From Felis catus (Eukaryota), in NCBI RefSeq assembly GCF_018350175.1, contig NC_058385.1, positions 82,770,001 to 82,834,000 on the forward strand: a stretch of 64,000 bases of DNA, given 5' to 3'. Below the pieces are notes generated by a model. It was not told where the DNA came from. It was given only the letters and a program-made list of their open reading frames with translations, and searched no databases. Shown piece after piece: positions 1-16,410 of the stretch (its first letter is position 1; the number at the start of each line of letters is the position of its first letter). The position numbers and the translations under genes are program-made.

Positions 1-1
1 C

Positions 2-1428
<1,427 letters not shown>

Positions 1429-3149
1429 CGTGTGGCTGTCCTGTGGTACAGACCGGGGTGGGGACTCCCCAAGCACCCGGTGTTCTCTTTTTGGGAAATA
1501 AACAGGTGTTTTGTTTTCAGCTGCTGTTAGGGCTCGTGGCCCACTGTCCGCTGTCCTTTTGGAGCTCCTAGGCACGTGGACAAAAAGCTCTGTCTGAGGG
1601 CCTGGCTTTCCCACATACCTCCTTCCTGGAGGGCACTGCCCTGGTCCCCTTGCTGCTGGCAGGAATGAGGGCCCCAGCCGGCACATCAGCCTCCAAGGAG
1701 AGCCTCGGGTGCACACTGGGCTTGGCCTCTGGAAATGGCACGTGTAGACCCTGCCCTGGCCCCAGCCCCACGGGCATTATGGGAGCTCCCTGCGTATCAC
1801 AGTGGGAGGCAGGGTGCCGGGTAGGAGGAAACGCTGTGGTGGGTATGGCTTGGGGCCTGATGGGATCTGAAGTGCCCGGAGACCACACTGCTCTGTCTTC
1901 AGCGCTGGAGTTGAAAGCGCAAAAGGGCTTGAGCTGGAGCCCTGCAGAAAAGCCCTGGGGCATGGGGAGTGGCCCCGCCCAGCTTCCCTGGAGCCGACTG
2001 GCCCAGGCCAGCCACCCGTGAGAGGCAGGGGGTCCGAGGTGGAGCGGTAGAGCCCCACCCGGCATCGCCTAGGAGCGGGCGGGCCACATACGGAGACCTC
2101 TGAAAGGAACTGGAATGTCTAGTGTCCATTCTGGAGGGGAGAAAAGCAAAATGTTGCTTTTCAGGGTCACATCAGGTCAAGAGGCAACTCCTCGAGGGCC
2201 AAGGCACCCCTGCCAGCACCTGATGTGGCGGCTAGACCAGTCAGCCTCCTACCGGCCTCAGTGTGGAAGGAAGGCAGAGCTGCCCCGCCTGGGGAGTCCG
2301 CTCAGGACCCGTGGCCCTTCGGTGTCACACCCAGAACGGTGGGTCTGGGAGGAAGCTCTAGCCCCCAGACCCAACCCTCTGTGGGTCACTGCTGGCTCTC
2401 TGCTGAGGGGGCCACGTGCTCTTTGTCCAGCATTGTTGGGGGTGGGGGTGCAGCATGGGCGTTGGAAACCCCACTGGGGCCAGCAGCCTGTCTTTGCCCA
2501 CTGTTCCCAAGTCCAGCCGGAACCTCTGGTCCCTTCAATGTTGAACAAACTGTTCTGCCCCGCCTCCCCCGGGGCTGGGAAGAGACTTGCAGCCCCCAGC
2601 CTCCCAGCGTGCCTCCCAGGCTGGCTTCTGTCAACCCTGTGCTCGGATAAGTCACAGGACAAGAGTCCTCCTGTCTTCTAAGATGCACAAAAACCTCTGT
2701 TTTGCCTTGGTCTGTTGTCTCTCTCTTTGTGAGCTAGTATCCCTTCCAAAGGATTCCAGAATCCCTCCCAAGCCTTTTCCCCAGGCTTTGGCCTTGATCA
2801 GTCACTTAAAGCACAAATCATGAAAATCTATTAAATCAGGGAACACACAAGTGGGGGCAGAAGCACAGAGATCATCTCAACTGTATTCTGAACTTGTGCA
2901 GAACTCTTTGTACAAAAACTTCTGAGACCATGGGAATGACAGAGTTGGTTTGTCAGGAAAGCAGAATTTCTATTCCGATTTTCAGCAATGTCACTTGTAC
3001 AATACATTTCTTAAAACTAGGAAATGTTAGGCTGTGGAAATGTAGGTCAGGGGTATAGCGGTGAGTATAGGTCATACATAAACGCTCTACTTGATGGAGT
3101 GGTAGGGCCTGTACCTTGAACCCAGTATCTGTTCTCTGGAGTCATACAG

Positions 3150-3515
3150 CCCAATTTTGAATCCTGTGCTTTGAGGTGTGGCCACGTGACTATGCTGTGG
3201 CCAGCAGGATAAACACAAGCTTCCAGGGTGAACACCAAGCAAAGACCTCACCCAGAGAGACTGGCCCTCTGAGCCCCATCCTTTCTCTTGCCCACAGGGA
3301 TGTGGAACTGATGGTTGGAACGTGAATTGTGTCTAGGACCTGAGGTCCAGCCCGTGTCGAGAATGGATGGAGAGGAGCAGGGACTCCCTGGGCTTCACAC
3401 AGCCCTGGGTTGCTAAACTGGGCTTCATCTACTAGAGAGGGAAACAGACTTGTACCGTGTGTAAGCCACTGTCATTTGGAGTTTTCTGACACTCAGATCT
3501 AGTTCCAACCAATAC
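3150..3515. mobile_element. Probable old MLT1 (ERVL-MaLR) LTR fragment
   Basis: The end resembles a MaLR LTR (gtaagccact...ttggagttttct...aataca). The sequence is degenerate and the boundaries are approximate. Confidence 0.4.
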
Positions 3516-4863
3516 AAGAGGGACCATTGCTGAGCCCAGCTCACGTGAGGACTCAGAGTGGAGGGTGTCCGCTGGGTGAATTTGGGAGTATTTCACTATT
3601 GTGTTGATAATCAGTACTTAATAGTACATACTCCTTTTTGCTTGCTTTCTAGGCCCCAGAACAGAAGTGTCATGGGGGGGGGGGGGTGGCAGGAACACTG
3701 TCTTATCTCCTGCTACTTTTCCAGCTCAGGGCCAGATACACAGTAGAATGTTCATCTGTATTTGTTGAATGAAGGGAAATCAGAGGGAGACGACCTGGAG
3801 GCCCAGAAGGAGGCTCCAGGGGGCAGACCTGACAGCTTTCGCAGGGGCTAGAGGATCGCCTGTGCTGGGAGGTGGGGTGAGCACAGGAAGGTGAGGTGAA
3901 GGCCCCAGCCGGCAGGCCACCCTCCACCCACGTAACACCCGGCAGCCTCCCCACAACCGGGCTCCGTGCAGATGCTCTGCTCGGCCCTGGGACGCCTCTA
4001 GCAACTCACCTCGGTGTCCCAGACTTCCTGTGCTCTTCTCAAGCCATTTGCCTGGTTACCCCCGCTCCCCCCGCGGCTCCAATGTAGACAACTTGGGGAC
4101 CGCTCTGGACACCATTATCCAAAACTGCTTCTGCAAGCCCCAGCTGCCTTCATACCCCCACTCAGGTCCTGTCTCCTGCTTCCTGCCAGGCCCCAGTGTG
4201 TCACCTCTGCCTCCTGAATGTGTGATGGTCACCTCTAAGTCACAGTATTCAACCTGAACACCTCCCACCCCACATACACCTTCTCCCCTAGCACGCTCGC
4301 CCAGGCCTGGACCCAGGGTCAACCTAGGGGGTTGCCCATCTTCAGGGGATGCCCATCGCCCCCAGGATAGAACCAAACTCCCCACCTTGGTCTCCAAGGC
4401 CTGTGCTTGCTCCTTTTCAACATTGTCCTTGCCCCAAAAAGCAACCTGTACCCTACTTCTCTCCTTCCAGCCCCTGACACCATTAATCTACTTTCTAATT
4501 CCAGATTTGCCTAATCTGCACTTTAATATGAATGCCCTCATACATATGTGTCACAACTTCCTTTTTATGGCCAAATAATGTTCCACGTAATGGACATGCC
4601 ACATTCTACCCATTTATCAGTTGATGGACATTTGGATTATTTCCTCTTTTTGGCTGTTATGAACAATGTGCCTATCAACAGTCATGAGCAAGTTTTTGTG
4701 TGGACATATGTTTTCTCTTGGGCATACACCTAGAAGTGGAATTTGGAGCTCGAAATTTTCTTCTTAGCACTGCTTTTGATACATCCCGTATGTTTTGTTT
4801 TTATTCACCTCATTTTCTAATTTTTCCTGTGATTTCTTTAACTGGCTATTTAGCAATATGTTA

Positions 4864-5025
4864 GGGGAGCTTGTGTGGCTCAGTTGGTTGAGTATTCGAC
4901 TTTGGCTCAGGTCATGATCTCACAGTCTGTAGGTATGAGCCCCACATCAGGCTCACTGCTCTCAGTGCAGAGCCCTCTTTGGATCCTCTGTCCGCACCCC
5001 CCCCCCAAAATAAATAAAACATTAA
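4864..5025 (+). mobile_element. Can-SINE (degenerate)
   Basis: tRNA-derived head gtggctcagttggttgag and an A-rich tail. Confidence 0.8.
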
Positions 5026-5149
5026 AAGTAATATGTTATCTAACTTTCACATATTTATGAATTCCCCAAATTTCTGTTATTGACTTTAAATTTCATTCTG
5101 TTGTGGTGAGAAAACGTATTTTGTATGATTTTACTACTTTTAGATTTAC

Positions 5150-5345
5150 TGGGTAGCTCAGTTGGTTAAGCGCCTGATCTTGATTTAGGCTCAGGTCATA
5201 ATCTCAGGCTTCCTAACGTGAAGTCCTGTGTCGGGCTCTGTGCTGACATAGGGGAGCCTGCTTGGGATTCTCTCTCTCCCTCCCTCTCTGCCCCTTCCCT
5301 GCTCATTCTCTCTCTCTCTCTCAAAATAAATAAACATTAAAAAAT
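5150..5345 (+). mobile_element. Can-SINE
   Basis: Head gggtagctcagttggttaagc, a (CT)n tract and an aaataaataaacatt tail. Confidence 0.85.
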
Positions 5346-5657
5346 TAGTGAGACTGGTTTTATTTTCTAACATATGGTCTGTCCTGAAGAATGTTTCATA
5401 TGCACTTGAGAAGAATATGTACTCTTCTGCTGGAAGAGTGGTTCATTGATGTTTAAGTCTAGTCGGCATTGTTCAGTTTTTCAACTCTTCTTTGCTGAGC
5501 TTCTGTCTAGTTCTATCAATTACTGAAAGTGGAATATTGAAGTCTCCAGTTATTATTGTTAAATTGCCTACTTCTCCTTTCCATTCTGTCAACTTTTGCT
5601 TCGTGTATTTCGGGGCGCTGTTAGGCAAACATATCTATACAATTGTTAGGTCTTCTT

Positions 5658-5882
5658 GGGGCGCCTGGGTGGCGCAGTCCGTTAAGCGTCCGACTTCAGC
5701 TCAGGTCACGATCTCGCGGTCCGTGAGTTCGAGCCCCACGTCGGGCTCTGGGCTGATGGCTCAGAGCCTGGAGCCTGTTTCTGATTCTGTGTCTCCCTCT
5801 CTCTCTGCCCCTCCCCCGTTCATGCTCTGTCTCTCTCTGTCTCAAAAATAAATAAACGTTAAAAAAAATAAATTAAAAAAAC
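5658..5882 (+). mobile_element. Young felid SINEC_Fc-type element with 19-bp TSD
   Basis: GGGGCGCCTGGGTGGCGCAGTC...CT tract...A tail. The TSD acaattgttaggtcttctt lies at 5639-5657 and 5883-5901. Confidence 0.95.
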
Positions 5883-6089
5883 ACAATTGTTAGGTCTTCT
5901 TGAGGAGTTGGTCCTTTTTTCATTATGAAATGTCCTTCTTTAATTCTAGTATCAATTTTTGTCTTAAAGTCTATACTATTTGATATTAGTATAGCCACTC
6001 CAGCTCTCTTTTGATTACTGTTGGTATGGTATATCTTTTTCCACATTTTTACTTTCTACTTGTGTCTTTGATTCTAAAGTTTGTTTCTT

Positions 6090-6470
6090 GGGGTGCCTGG
6101 GTGGCTCAGTTGGTTAAGCATCTGACTCTTGATTTCAGCTCAGGTCTTGATCTCACAGTCATGAGTTCAAGCCCCGCATTGGGCTCTGTGCTGGGCACAA
6201 AGCCTACTTAAAATAATAATAATAATAATAACAATAAATAATAGAGTTTGTTTCTTACAGGGGTGCCTGGGTGGCTCAGTCAGTTAAGCATCCAACTCTT
6301 GATTTCAGCCTAGGACATGATTTCATGGTTCATGAGATAGAGCCCCGAGTCCAGCTCCATGCTGACAGCATGGAGCCTGCTCAGGATTCTCTCTCTCCCT
6401 CTTTCTCTACCCCTCCTGCTCCAGTGCATGCGTATGTGCACACTCTCTCTTAAATTAAAAAGAAATAAAG
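6090..6470 (+). mobile_element. Two tandem Can-SINEs (6090-6243, 6260-6470) at one target site
   Basis: Two ggggtgcctgggtggctcag heads. The target motif ttgtttctt occurs three times (6081, 6248, 6472). Confidence 0.9.
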
Positions 6471-6574
6471 GTTGTTTCTTACAGACACCATACAGTTGTG
6501 TGTGTGTGTGTATAAAATCCATTATGACAATCTCTGCCTTGGAATTGGAGACTTTAATCCATTTACATTTATTA

Positions 6575-6686
6575 TTTTTTTAAGATTGTATTTTTAGGTA
6601 AACTCTACACCCAGGGTGGGTCTCCAACCCTCAATCCCAAGATCAAGAGTCACATACTGCCACCAACTGAGCCTCCCAGGTGCCCC
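6575..6686 (-). mobile_element. Short Can-SINE, antisense
   Basis: A T-tract followed by gatcaagagtc...ccaggtgcccc. Confidence 0.75.
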
Positions 6687-8099
6687 TGGTAGGTTTACTC
6701 TTTCAGCACTTGGAATATGTCATTCTACTGCCTTTTGACCTCCATGGTTTCTGATGTGAAATAGGTAATTTTATTGGGGATCACTTGTATGTGATGAATC
6801 ACTTCTCTTTTGCTGCTCTCAAGAGTCTTTTTCTTTGGCTTTCAACAATTTATGATGTGTCTAAGTATGGATCCTTTTTAGTTTATCCTACTTAGAGTTC
6901 ACTGAACTTCCTAGATGTGCAGATTCATGCTTTTCATCAAATTTAGGAACTTTTCAGGCATTATTTTTTCAGATATTCTTTCTGCCCCTTTCTCTTCTCT
7001 GTTCCTGAGAATTATGCATAGGTTGGTATGCTTACTGGTGTCCTACAGGCCTTTCATTTTTCATGTTGTGGTTTTAGAAATCAGATGCCAGGTTTTGTTG
7101 TTGCTGCTTGTAGTAGTTGAACTCGTGTAGTGGTTTTTCTGAACTTGTTCTGTCTAGTCTGTAATGTCACGTGTAGCCACTAAAGTTCCTATGCTCAGCT
7201 GATGATCGGACAGAGATTTTCTTAAATGCCTAAAATCCATAAACTTCCCAGTCTTTCCCAAATAGCTCTGTGTACTTGTTGGGGCATATGCCTTTCAGCA
7301 CTAAAGCCCCCTGTTTGCAACTGTCTGAGGCTCCACTTCCCTTTGTGCAGAGCCTCAAGGCCAGCCAGAGGTAAGCATTTGATGCTTTTTCAGGTCTTTC
7401 ATGTGCCTGTGCACACCCTATTTATGTTTGTGACCTTCTATATTCCAGAAATATGTAGGGCTTTTGAACATCCCTGTGGACACTGTATTCCCCAGCTCTT
7501 CCTTTTAAGCTTTTTGGTTACTCTATTATCAGGTGCAGCTGTTATCCATTGCCCCCCGCAGCTTTGAAATTACAACTTGCCTGCAACTGCCTTCGGCAAA
7601 CATCCTCAGGGCATAGACCATTGGCCCTAGGCAAGCTGAGTGAGCTTTGTAAGAGGGGTCTTCCAGGGAGCCCTCAGACAAGTTAAATCATGGCAATTAT
7701 TTGCAAGGAAGGTGTTCTGCTCCCTCTACAGGATTATGTCTCCCTGCTCCATTCTACCAGGAATGTGGGCTGTAATTTCCAGGTTACCACTGGGCTGAAG
7801 AGTAGCCTTAACCAGAACACCGCAAAACTCACTGTTCTTACCGAGATTCAGTTTTCTTCAATAAACACTGTCGGGATGCTGCACTCCTTTAACTTCCAGA
7901 GTTCTGAAAAAGTTGACTCCAACAACTTCTGCTAGTCTTTTCCTTGCTTTTACAGAGGGAAGGGGATGCAGATTTTCCGAGGTCCTTACTCCTCCATTCT
8001 CAATGAAGGCCGACCGTAATTTTTTGAGGGACCCTTGGCTGTCATAGTCACGGCTCCTGCATCTGACAGTTTCTGGGTAATAATAAGTGCCTAATAAAT

Positions 8100-10915
<2,816 letters not shown>

Positions 10916-11970
10916 CCCTGCCCAACGTCTGCTTGCCGTCTTGCCTGAACAGGCCCGCAAGCCAAGGAGCCACCCTGGACCTGTTCAGGCCTCAGCTGGC
11001 CCGCTTGGCCAAGCTCCTCTTTCTTTGGGACAAGAGGGAAAGGGGCAAGAGACCAGGTTCTAGCTCCAGATCCTTCAGCCCCCATCATGGAAATAAATTA
11101 AGTTTCTCAACACATGTTTGAGCTATTGTGTGATGGGAGCACACGTTTGCAGGGGACTCTGGGACTAAGACCTTTGCTCTCGAGCTGTCAGGGTTGTCCC
11201 ATGCAGTGTGACCGACACCGCCGTGTACAGGCTGGGGACTGGGAGGTGGCAGGCAGCACTGGAGGTGGGGAAGGGAGGCAGCCGGCAGCAGTGCTAAGGA
11301 GGCAGAGCTAGGCAGAGGCCACCCAGAGTGTGCTGCTGATCTCTTGGCTGGACAGCTGGAGGGGGCAGGGTAGAGGTGTTCTGGGACAGCACCTCCTGGC
11401 AACCCACAGGGCGGCTGGGGTGAGTCTGGGTCAGACAAACGAGGCAAGCAGTAGGAGTAGGCTGTGAGGGCGAGGGGAGGGTGGCGGTGGCAGCACTCGG
11501 GTCCTAGCTTCTGAGCTTTTCTTGTCCCCAGGAGGGAACGTGAGGGGCATCCTGGCTGGAATAGCCTAAGACTGGTGGCCACCGGGAAGGGCAAGAGCCA
11601 GGTGGAAGCAAGGAGAGGGTGTGCCTGAGGGTTTCCGGGTGGACAACAGGAGGCATGGCCAGGTGTTAGGGAGGGGGCTCTGTGTGCCTTGGGTTCTGGG
11701 AAGAGATCTCAGCCCCATGTGTTTCCAGGATCTCTGGGATCTGGAGGCTGAGTATAGTCACCTGGGCCTGGTTGGGTTGTCCCACCAGCTGACCACCAGG
11801 CCCTGCCTCTGCCAAGTTGAGTCCCAAGGGGGCGATGCCCACACTCCGTCCTCCCAGCAGATCGATCCGCACAAAGGCACGAGGAAGGGGTACTCAGCTG
11901 GCTCAGAAGCGCCTTTAATGACTCCAGATTGTGGCCCCTCCACAAACCTGGCTTGACCCCTAGCAAGCAG

Positions 11971-14900
11971 TCAGCAAAGGTCTCCTGAGAGTTTTAGGAG
12001 GGGGTCCAGGGACCTTGAGCCTGGAGGGACAGGGCCATCCTCTCTCCTTGTGACCTGGGGGTGAGGGAAAGATAAGTCATTCTGCTTGTCCTATCCCCCT
12101 GCCCATCCCCCTCCCTTCCTCAGCCTCTGGTACCTTTGCCAGCGGGGTGGAAACTGCAGGAAGGGGGTCCCAAGTGCAGGGCTTCTGGGTGCTGCACATC
12201 TCACAGCCGGGTCGGCTGGGAGCATTGATGAACGTGCAGGAAGGGCAGGACCAGCCAGGCTGTGGAAGTGGGGAAATCGTTGCTGCTTACCCTTTTCCTT
12301 CTGGTGCCCAGAGAATCCCCGGCCCAGGGTGCCCAGTCCCTCACCTACCTGAAGGGGGCTGGGGAGGCTGGAGGTGGCTGGCAGAGGAGCTCTGGGCTGC
12401 CCCAGTGACTGAGGAAACAGGCGACTTAGTTCCCCATCCATCTTCTGGGGACACTGAGGGCTGCGTCCTGTGGAAGAGGAGGTGGGGCTCAGGGGCGTGT
12501 CGGGCTGCGCCTCCCCTCCTCATCCCATCCACACCAAGGACTGACCTGGGGCTTCTCGCGGGGCTGAGAGCAGGTAGAGGAAAGCGGGGTCCCCATCCCG
12601 CTGGACCCCGTAGGAAGCGAGGCTGCGCTCGGGCACACACAGGCGCCGCCCAATGACCCAGCGCTGCACAGCTGGTGGGAAGCCAAACTCCGAGAACACC
12701 TGGGGCCGGAGCATCAAGGCAGCGTCACTCGAAGGCCCCTTGCCCCGCACAGGGCTCCCCCCGACCCCATGCTTACCTGCTCCTGGAGGGTCGCAATGGT
12801 GCAGTGGGGGTGAACGTGCAGCGAGACGTGGGCAGAGGACGCGGCGTCCTCAACCGTCACCTGTAGCCTGGGCCAGAGTATAGGTCAGGAGGGAGGACGG
12901 GGACCCGGGAGGGCTAGGATGGCAGGGTAAAGAAGACCTCACCTGATGGGGCCAGGAGGGAAGCAGGCCTCCTGGAGCTGGACACTCAGAGCCACATGAT
13001 GTCGGGCCAGGGTGGCCGCTGCTTGGGCTGCCCCCTTCTCGTCCCCACCCTCGATGGCTTGGGCCAGGCGCCCCACCAGCTCTTCTGCAGGGAGAGACAA
13101 AAAGCCATCAGGGCTGAGCACAGACTGCTGCTTCCAACCCCCTCCAGCCACCTGCCTTTACCTTTCTCCGTCAAGTCTCCAGGGCTCCAGCAAAGATCCA
13201 CCTTGGGTTGTGGGGCCCGGAGTGTGGGCACTCCAGGGGGACTGGGTGGGGAAACAGGGCACATTTCTAGGCCCAGGGCTTGGGGCAGGCTGCCTAGGAG
13301 GGAAGATGAGGGCTGGGCTGGGGTCTCCTGTGACTCGGCCCCCAAGCCGAGTTACTCACCCAGGCCTCTGCTGACCAGGTGTCCGGGACTTTTGCCACCT
13401 CCTAGCTCACAGCCCATTCCCTGGCGTTTGGCCACACATTAAGCCAGGCCTCCCCCCACCCAATCCTGGCCCTCAAAAACCCCTAAAAGGTTCCTACCAA
13501 CTCCTCTCAGAGCTGAAGCTGCACTTGGCTTTTCCTTGCTCTGGAATGCTTCTGCATGCTTCTACTGTCTAGCCTCACCTATGCCCCTCCTCCAAAGAAG
13601 CCAGGCCACTTCCCTTGGCCTCTACATGCCCTCTAAGCCAGCCAGGGATGCTCCCTTGGCCTCACTGCGGAACCAAAACAGGTCCTCAGAAGCCTGCCCC
13701 TTCTTGCTCACCAGGAGGCCTGCAATCAGGTAGTCTCTTGGTGCCCTCAGGGACACCCCTCCTCTCAACTGGCTCTACCACCAGCACAGAACACCTCGGG
13801 CTGCTCCCATCCCCAGAAAACCCCCTGGGCCACTGCCTGGCGGGGCACCTGTGTCTCCCCTTACCTTCCTCCTGAGGCCCAGCCTACCTGTCCTGCAGCT
13901 CCTGTGACGACCTCAGGCCCTCAGTGTTCTGAGCTATCTGCCCACTGTGATGAACAGGACCCCTGAGCACCCAGGACCAGGCCTGGCCCAGCCCTGACCT
14001 AGTCCCAAAGATCACACACACATACACACACAATACACACACTTGCCTCGGGACTTTGGTGCCTGCTGCTTCCTGGCCACGTGGGTGTGATCACACGAGG
14101 ACCTTCGAGTTTCATTCAACCATCACCTTAATGAGACTTTCCCTGCCACCCAATTTTAAATTGCAAACCCCTCCCGGGGCACCTGGGTGGCTCTGTTGGT
14201 TAAGCATCTGACTCTCGATTTCGGCTCAGGACACAATCTCACAGGTTCGCGAGTTTGATCCCTGTGTTGGGCTCTGTGCTAACAGTGTGGAGCCTGCTTG
14301 GGATTCTGTCTTTCTCTCTCTCAAATAAATAAACTTAAAAAAAAAAAAAAGATGTGCGTAAATTGCAAACTCCTCTCTTCTATTCTTCCACCACCTGGCA
14401 GAATTTTACTTGTTTTCCAACTTAAATGTTTTGACGCACAAGGTTACACTAGTACCAAGTATACATAGCGATTCCAGAAGCCTGTATGCTATGCTGTGTG
14501 CACCACAAGTCTATGCTTACCAATGTTATATGTTCTCCTCTCTGGAAATTCAAGTCCCAAGAGGGCAGGAAGTCCAAGTCTCATTCCTGCTAAGTCTCCA
14601 AGGCCTAACATGCTCAGCACAGAGCGGGTGCCAGGGTACACATCTGATGAACGAACGAACGAAGGACGTCTTTCTCCTTCTGCAAGTGCTGTGTCGTCTG
14701 GGCCTCTCTTACGTTGCGTAGTAAGGTTTTCTTCTTTTCCCTCTGGCAGATCTTCGGACACATCTGCGGGCCCTTTCCTTTCCTTTCCTTGCTGCATTAT
14801 CTACCCGTCAGACCCTCTCTTGCTTCTCTCTCCTGGTGACCTGGGTTGAACTTTTCTACTGCCAGTCTTTACCTCTCCAGAGCCCCACCCCAGCCAGATC

Positions 14901-15240
14901 CACCTGGTTCTTCTCCCCACAGATGTGTAAGAACCTAGCCACCTCCATTCCCTTCCCCGTAGGTCCTCTGTCTAGGAGTTCCATAGTACCTTGTTTCTCC
15001 AGCTTTCTTTCTCAACCATGAATTCTTCCATTTAAAAGCCATGAAATCCGGCCAATTCCATCTCCTAAGCATCTCTGAAAACACCCTTCTCTCCAGCCCT
15101 ATCTGCTACACCACCCCCACACAAAGGGAGGTCTCAACCAGCCTTTTACTTTTTTTTTTAATGTTTGTTTTTGAGAGCGAGAAAGAGAAAGTGCGCACGC
15201 ACGCGGGGGGGGGGGGGGGGGGGAGGGAGGGAGGGGGAGG

Positions 15241-15292
<52 letters not shown>

Positions 15293-16410
15293 CAAAATCC
15301 AAAGCAGGCTCCAGGCTCCGAGCTGTCAGCACAGAGCCCAATGCAGGGCTGGAACCCACGGACGTTGAGATCAGACCTGAGCCGAAGTCATACACTTAAC
15401 CGACAGGCGCCCCTCAGCCAGTCTTCAGTAGCTCGAATCTGAACCTGTCACTCTCCACTGAGTACATTTCCATGCTCCTGATGCACTCCTCACCCAGACC
15501 CTGAGGGCCTGCCTGCTGGGCCTCCACATCTGTCTGCTACTCCAGGCTCCAGCTTTTCAAGCTTTCCAGCCTGTTCTCCTTTTCTCCACCTTCTCCCTCC
15601 TGGGAGCCTTCCCAGGACCCAAAAGGGGATACGGTGGGCCCAGCTTTCCCCACTCCTTCCCCCATCCAGGCCTGGGGGGCTTGGGCTACTTTCGTTCTCT
15701 CCCAGCACTCGCAGTGCCCGGCCAGCCAAAAGGAGTCTTCGCTCCAGAGCACTAACCATTCTGTCCCTCCATGGTGGCACCTCGGACTAGAGCTGCCCAC
15801 CGCTGAGCTTCCTGAGGGTTGAGGAAGTGCAGGCTGAGGGTCCCAGGCCCTCCTGGCGGGGGCTGCAGCTCATGCTGGCTGGGACCTCGGACCGTGTAGG
15901 AAACTGACTCCAAGGGCCACTCCAAACTGACCTGAGGAAGGGGAGAGTGCGGGCTCAGTGCCTCCCGCCAGCACACCCTGCATGATGACCAAAGGAGCAC
16001 GACGTAACATTTACAGGCCACGTGCCTAAGACCCTTACTCCTATCACCTTAGGAAGCCCTCACAGAACTCTATAAAGATAGGTAGCGGAGCATTTACCCC
16101 CACTTTACAGGCGAGGAAACGGCAACAAGGGAAAGAGAACTGCTCAAGGGCACAAAGCTGTCTAGCGGAGGGGACTGGCCCAGGGCCCCGCGCCCCCGCC
16201 GCCCCCACTCACCGCGCCGGGTCCCGAGCCCAGCAGCTCCAGCCGGAAACGCCCGGGCCGCTCGGGGTCCGCGCTCAGCTGCAGCCTGCGCAGCTGTGCC
16301 TCGGCGTCCGGCCCCGCGCCCAGCGGCCTCACCGCGGCGTGCACAGCCAGGAGCACCGCGGCCGAGTCCGGGTCCGAGGCCGCCGCCGCGCCACCCGCAG
16401 GCGGCGCCAT
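11971..16410 (-). CDS. SHARPIN: SHARPIN, LUBAC subunit (PH-like, LTM, UBL, NZF), about 406 aa
   Basis: Exons 16410-16213, 15931-15757, 13293-13162, 13084-12943, 12867-12777, 12699-12546, 12467-12349, 12259-12134 and 12054-11971 are all GT-AG and in phase (1221 nt). Motifs: [21 protein letters not shown] and [13 protein letters not shown]...CEMC. ATTAAA lies at 11919-11914. Confidence 0.96.
14175..14350 (+). mobile_element. Can-SINE in SHARPIN intron 2
   Basis: Head ggggcacctgggtggctc, poly-A tail, and the flanking repeat aaattgcaaac. Confidence 0.9.
15150..15413 (-). mobile_element. Can-SINE, antisense, with poly-G, (GA)n and (GACA)n expansion
   Basis: T-tract, aagcaggctccaggctccgagctgtcagc, ending caggcgcccc. 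Confidence 0.9.

Larger units (their letters stand above)
4480..7960 (-). mobile_element. Old LINE-1 (L1M-like) fragments carrying several later SINE insertions
   Basis: An AT-rich, T-skewed island in GC-rich DNA with antisense L1-like phrases (gttgatggacatttggatt, cacttgagaagaatatgtactc, ttagtatagccactccagct). Confidence 0.7.

Noticed and set aside
5658-5740. tRNA-like A/B boxes
   Set aside because: They are heads of tRNA-derived Can-SINEs, not tRNA genes.
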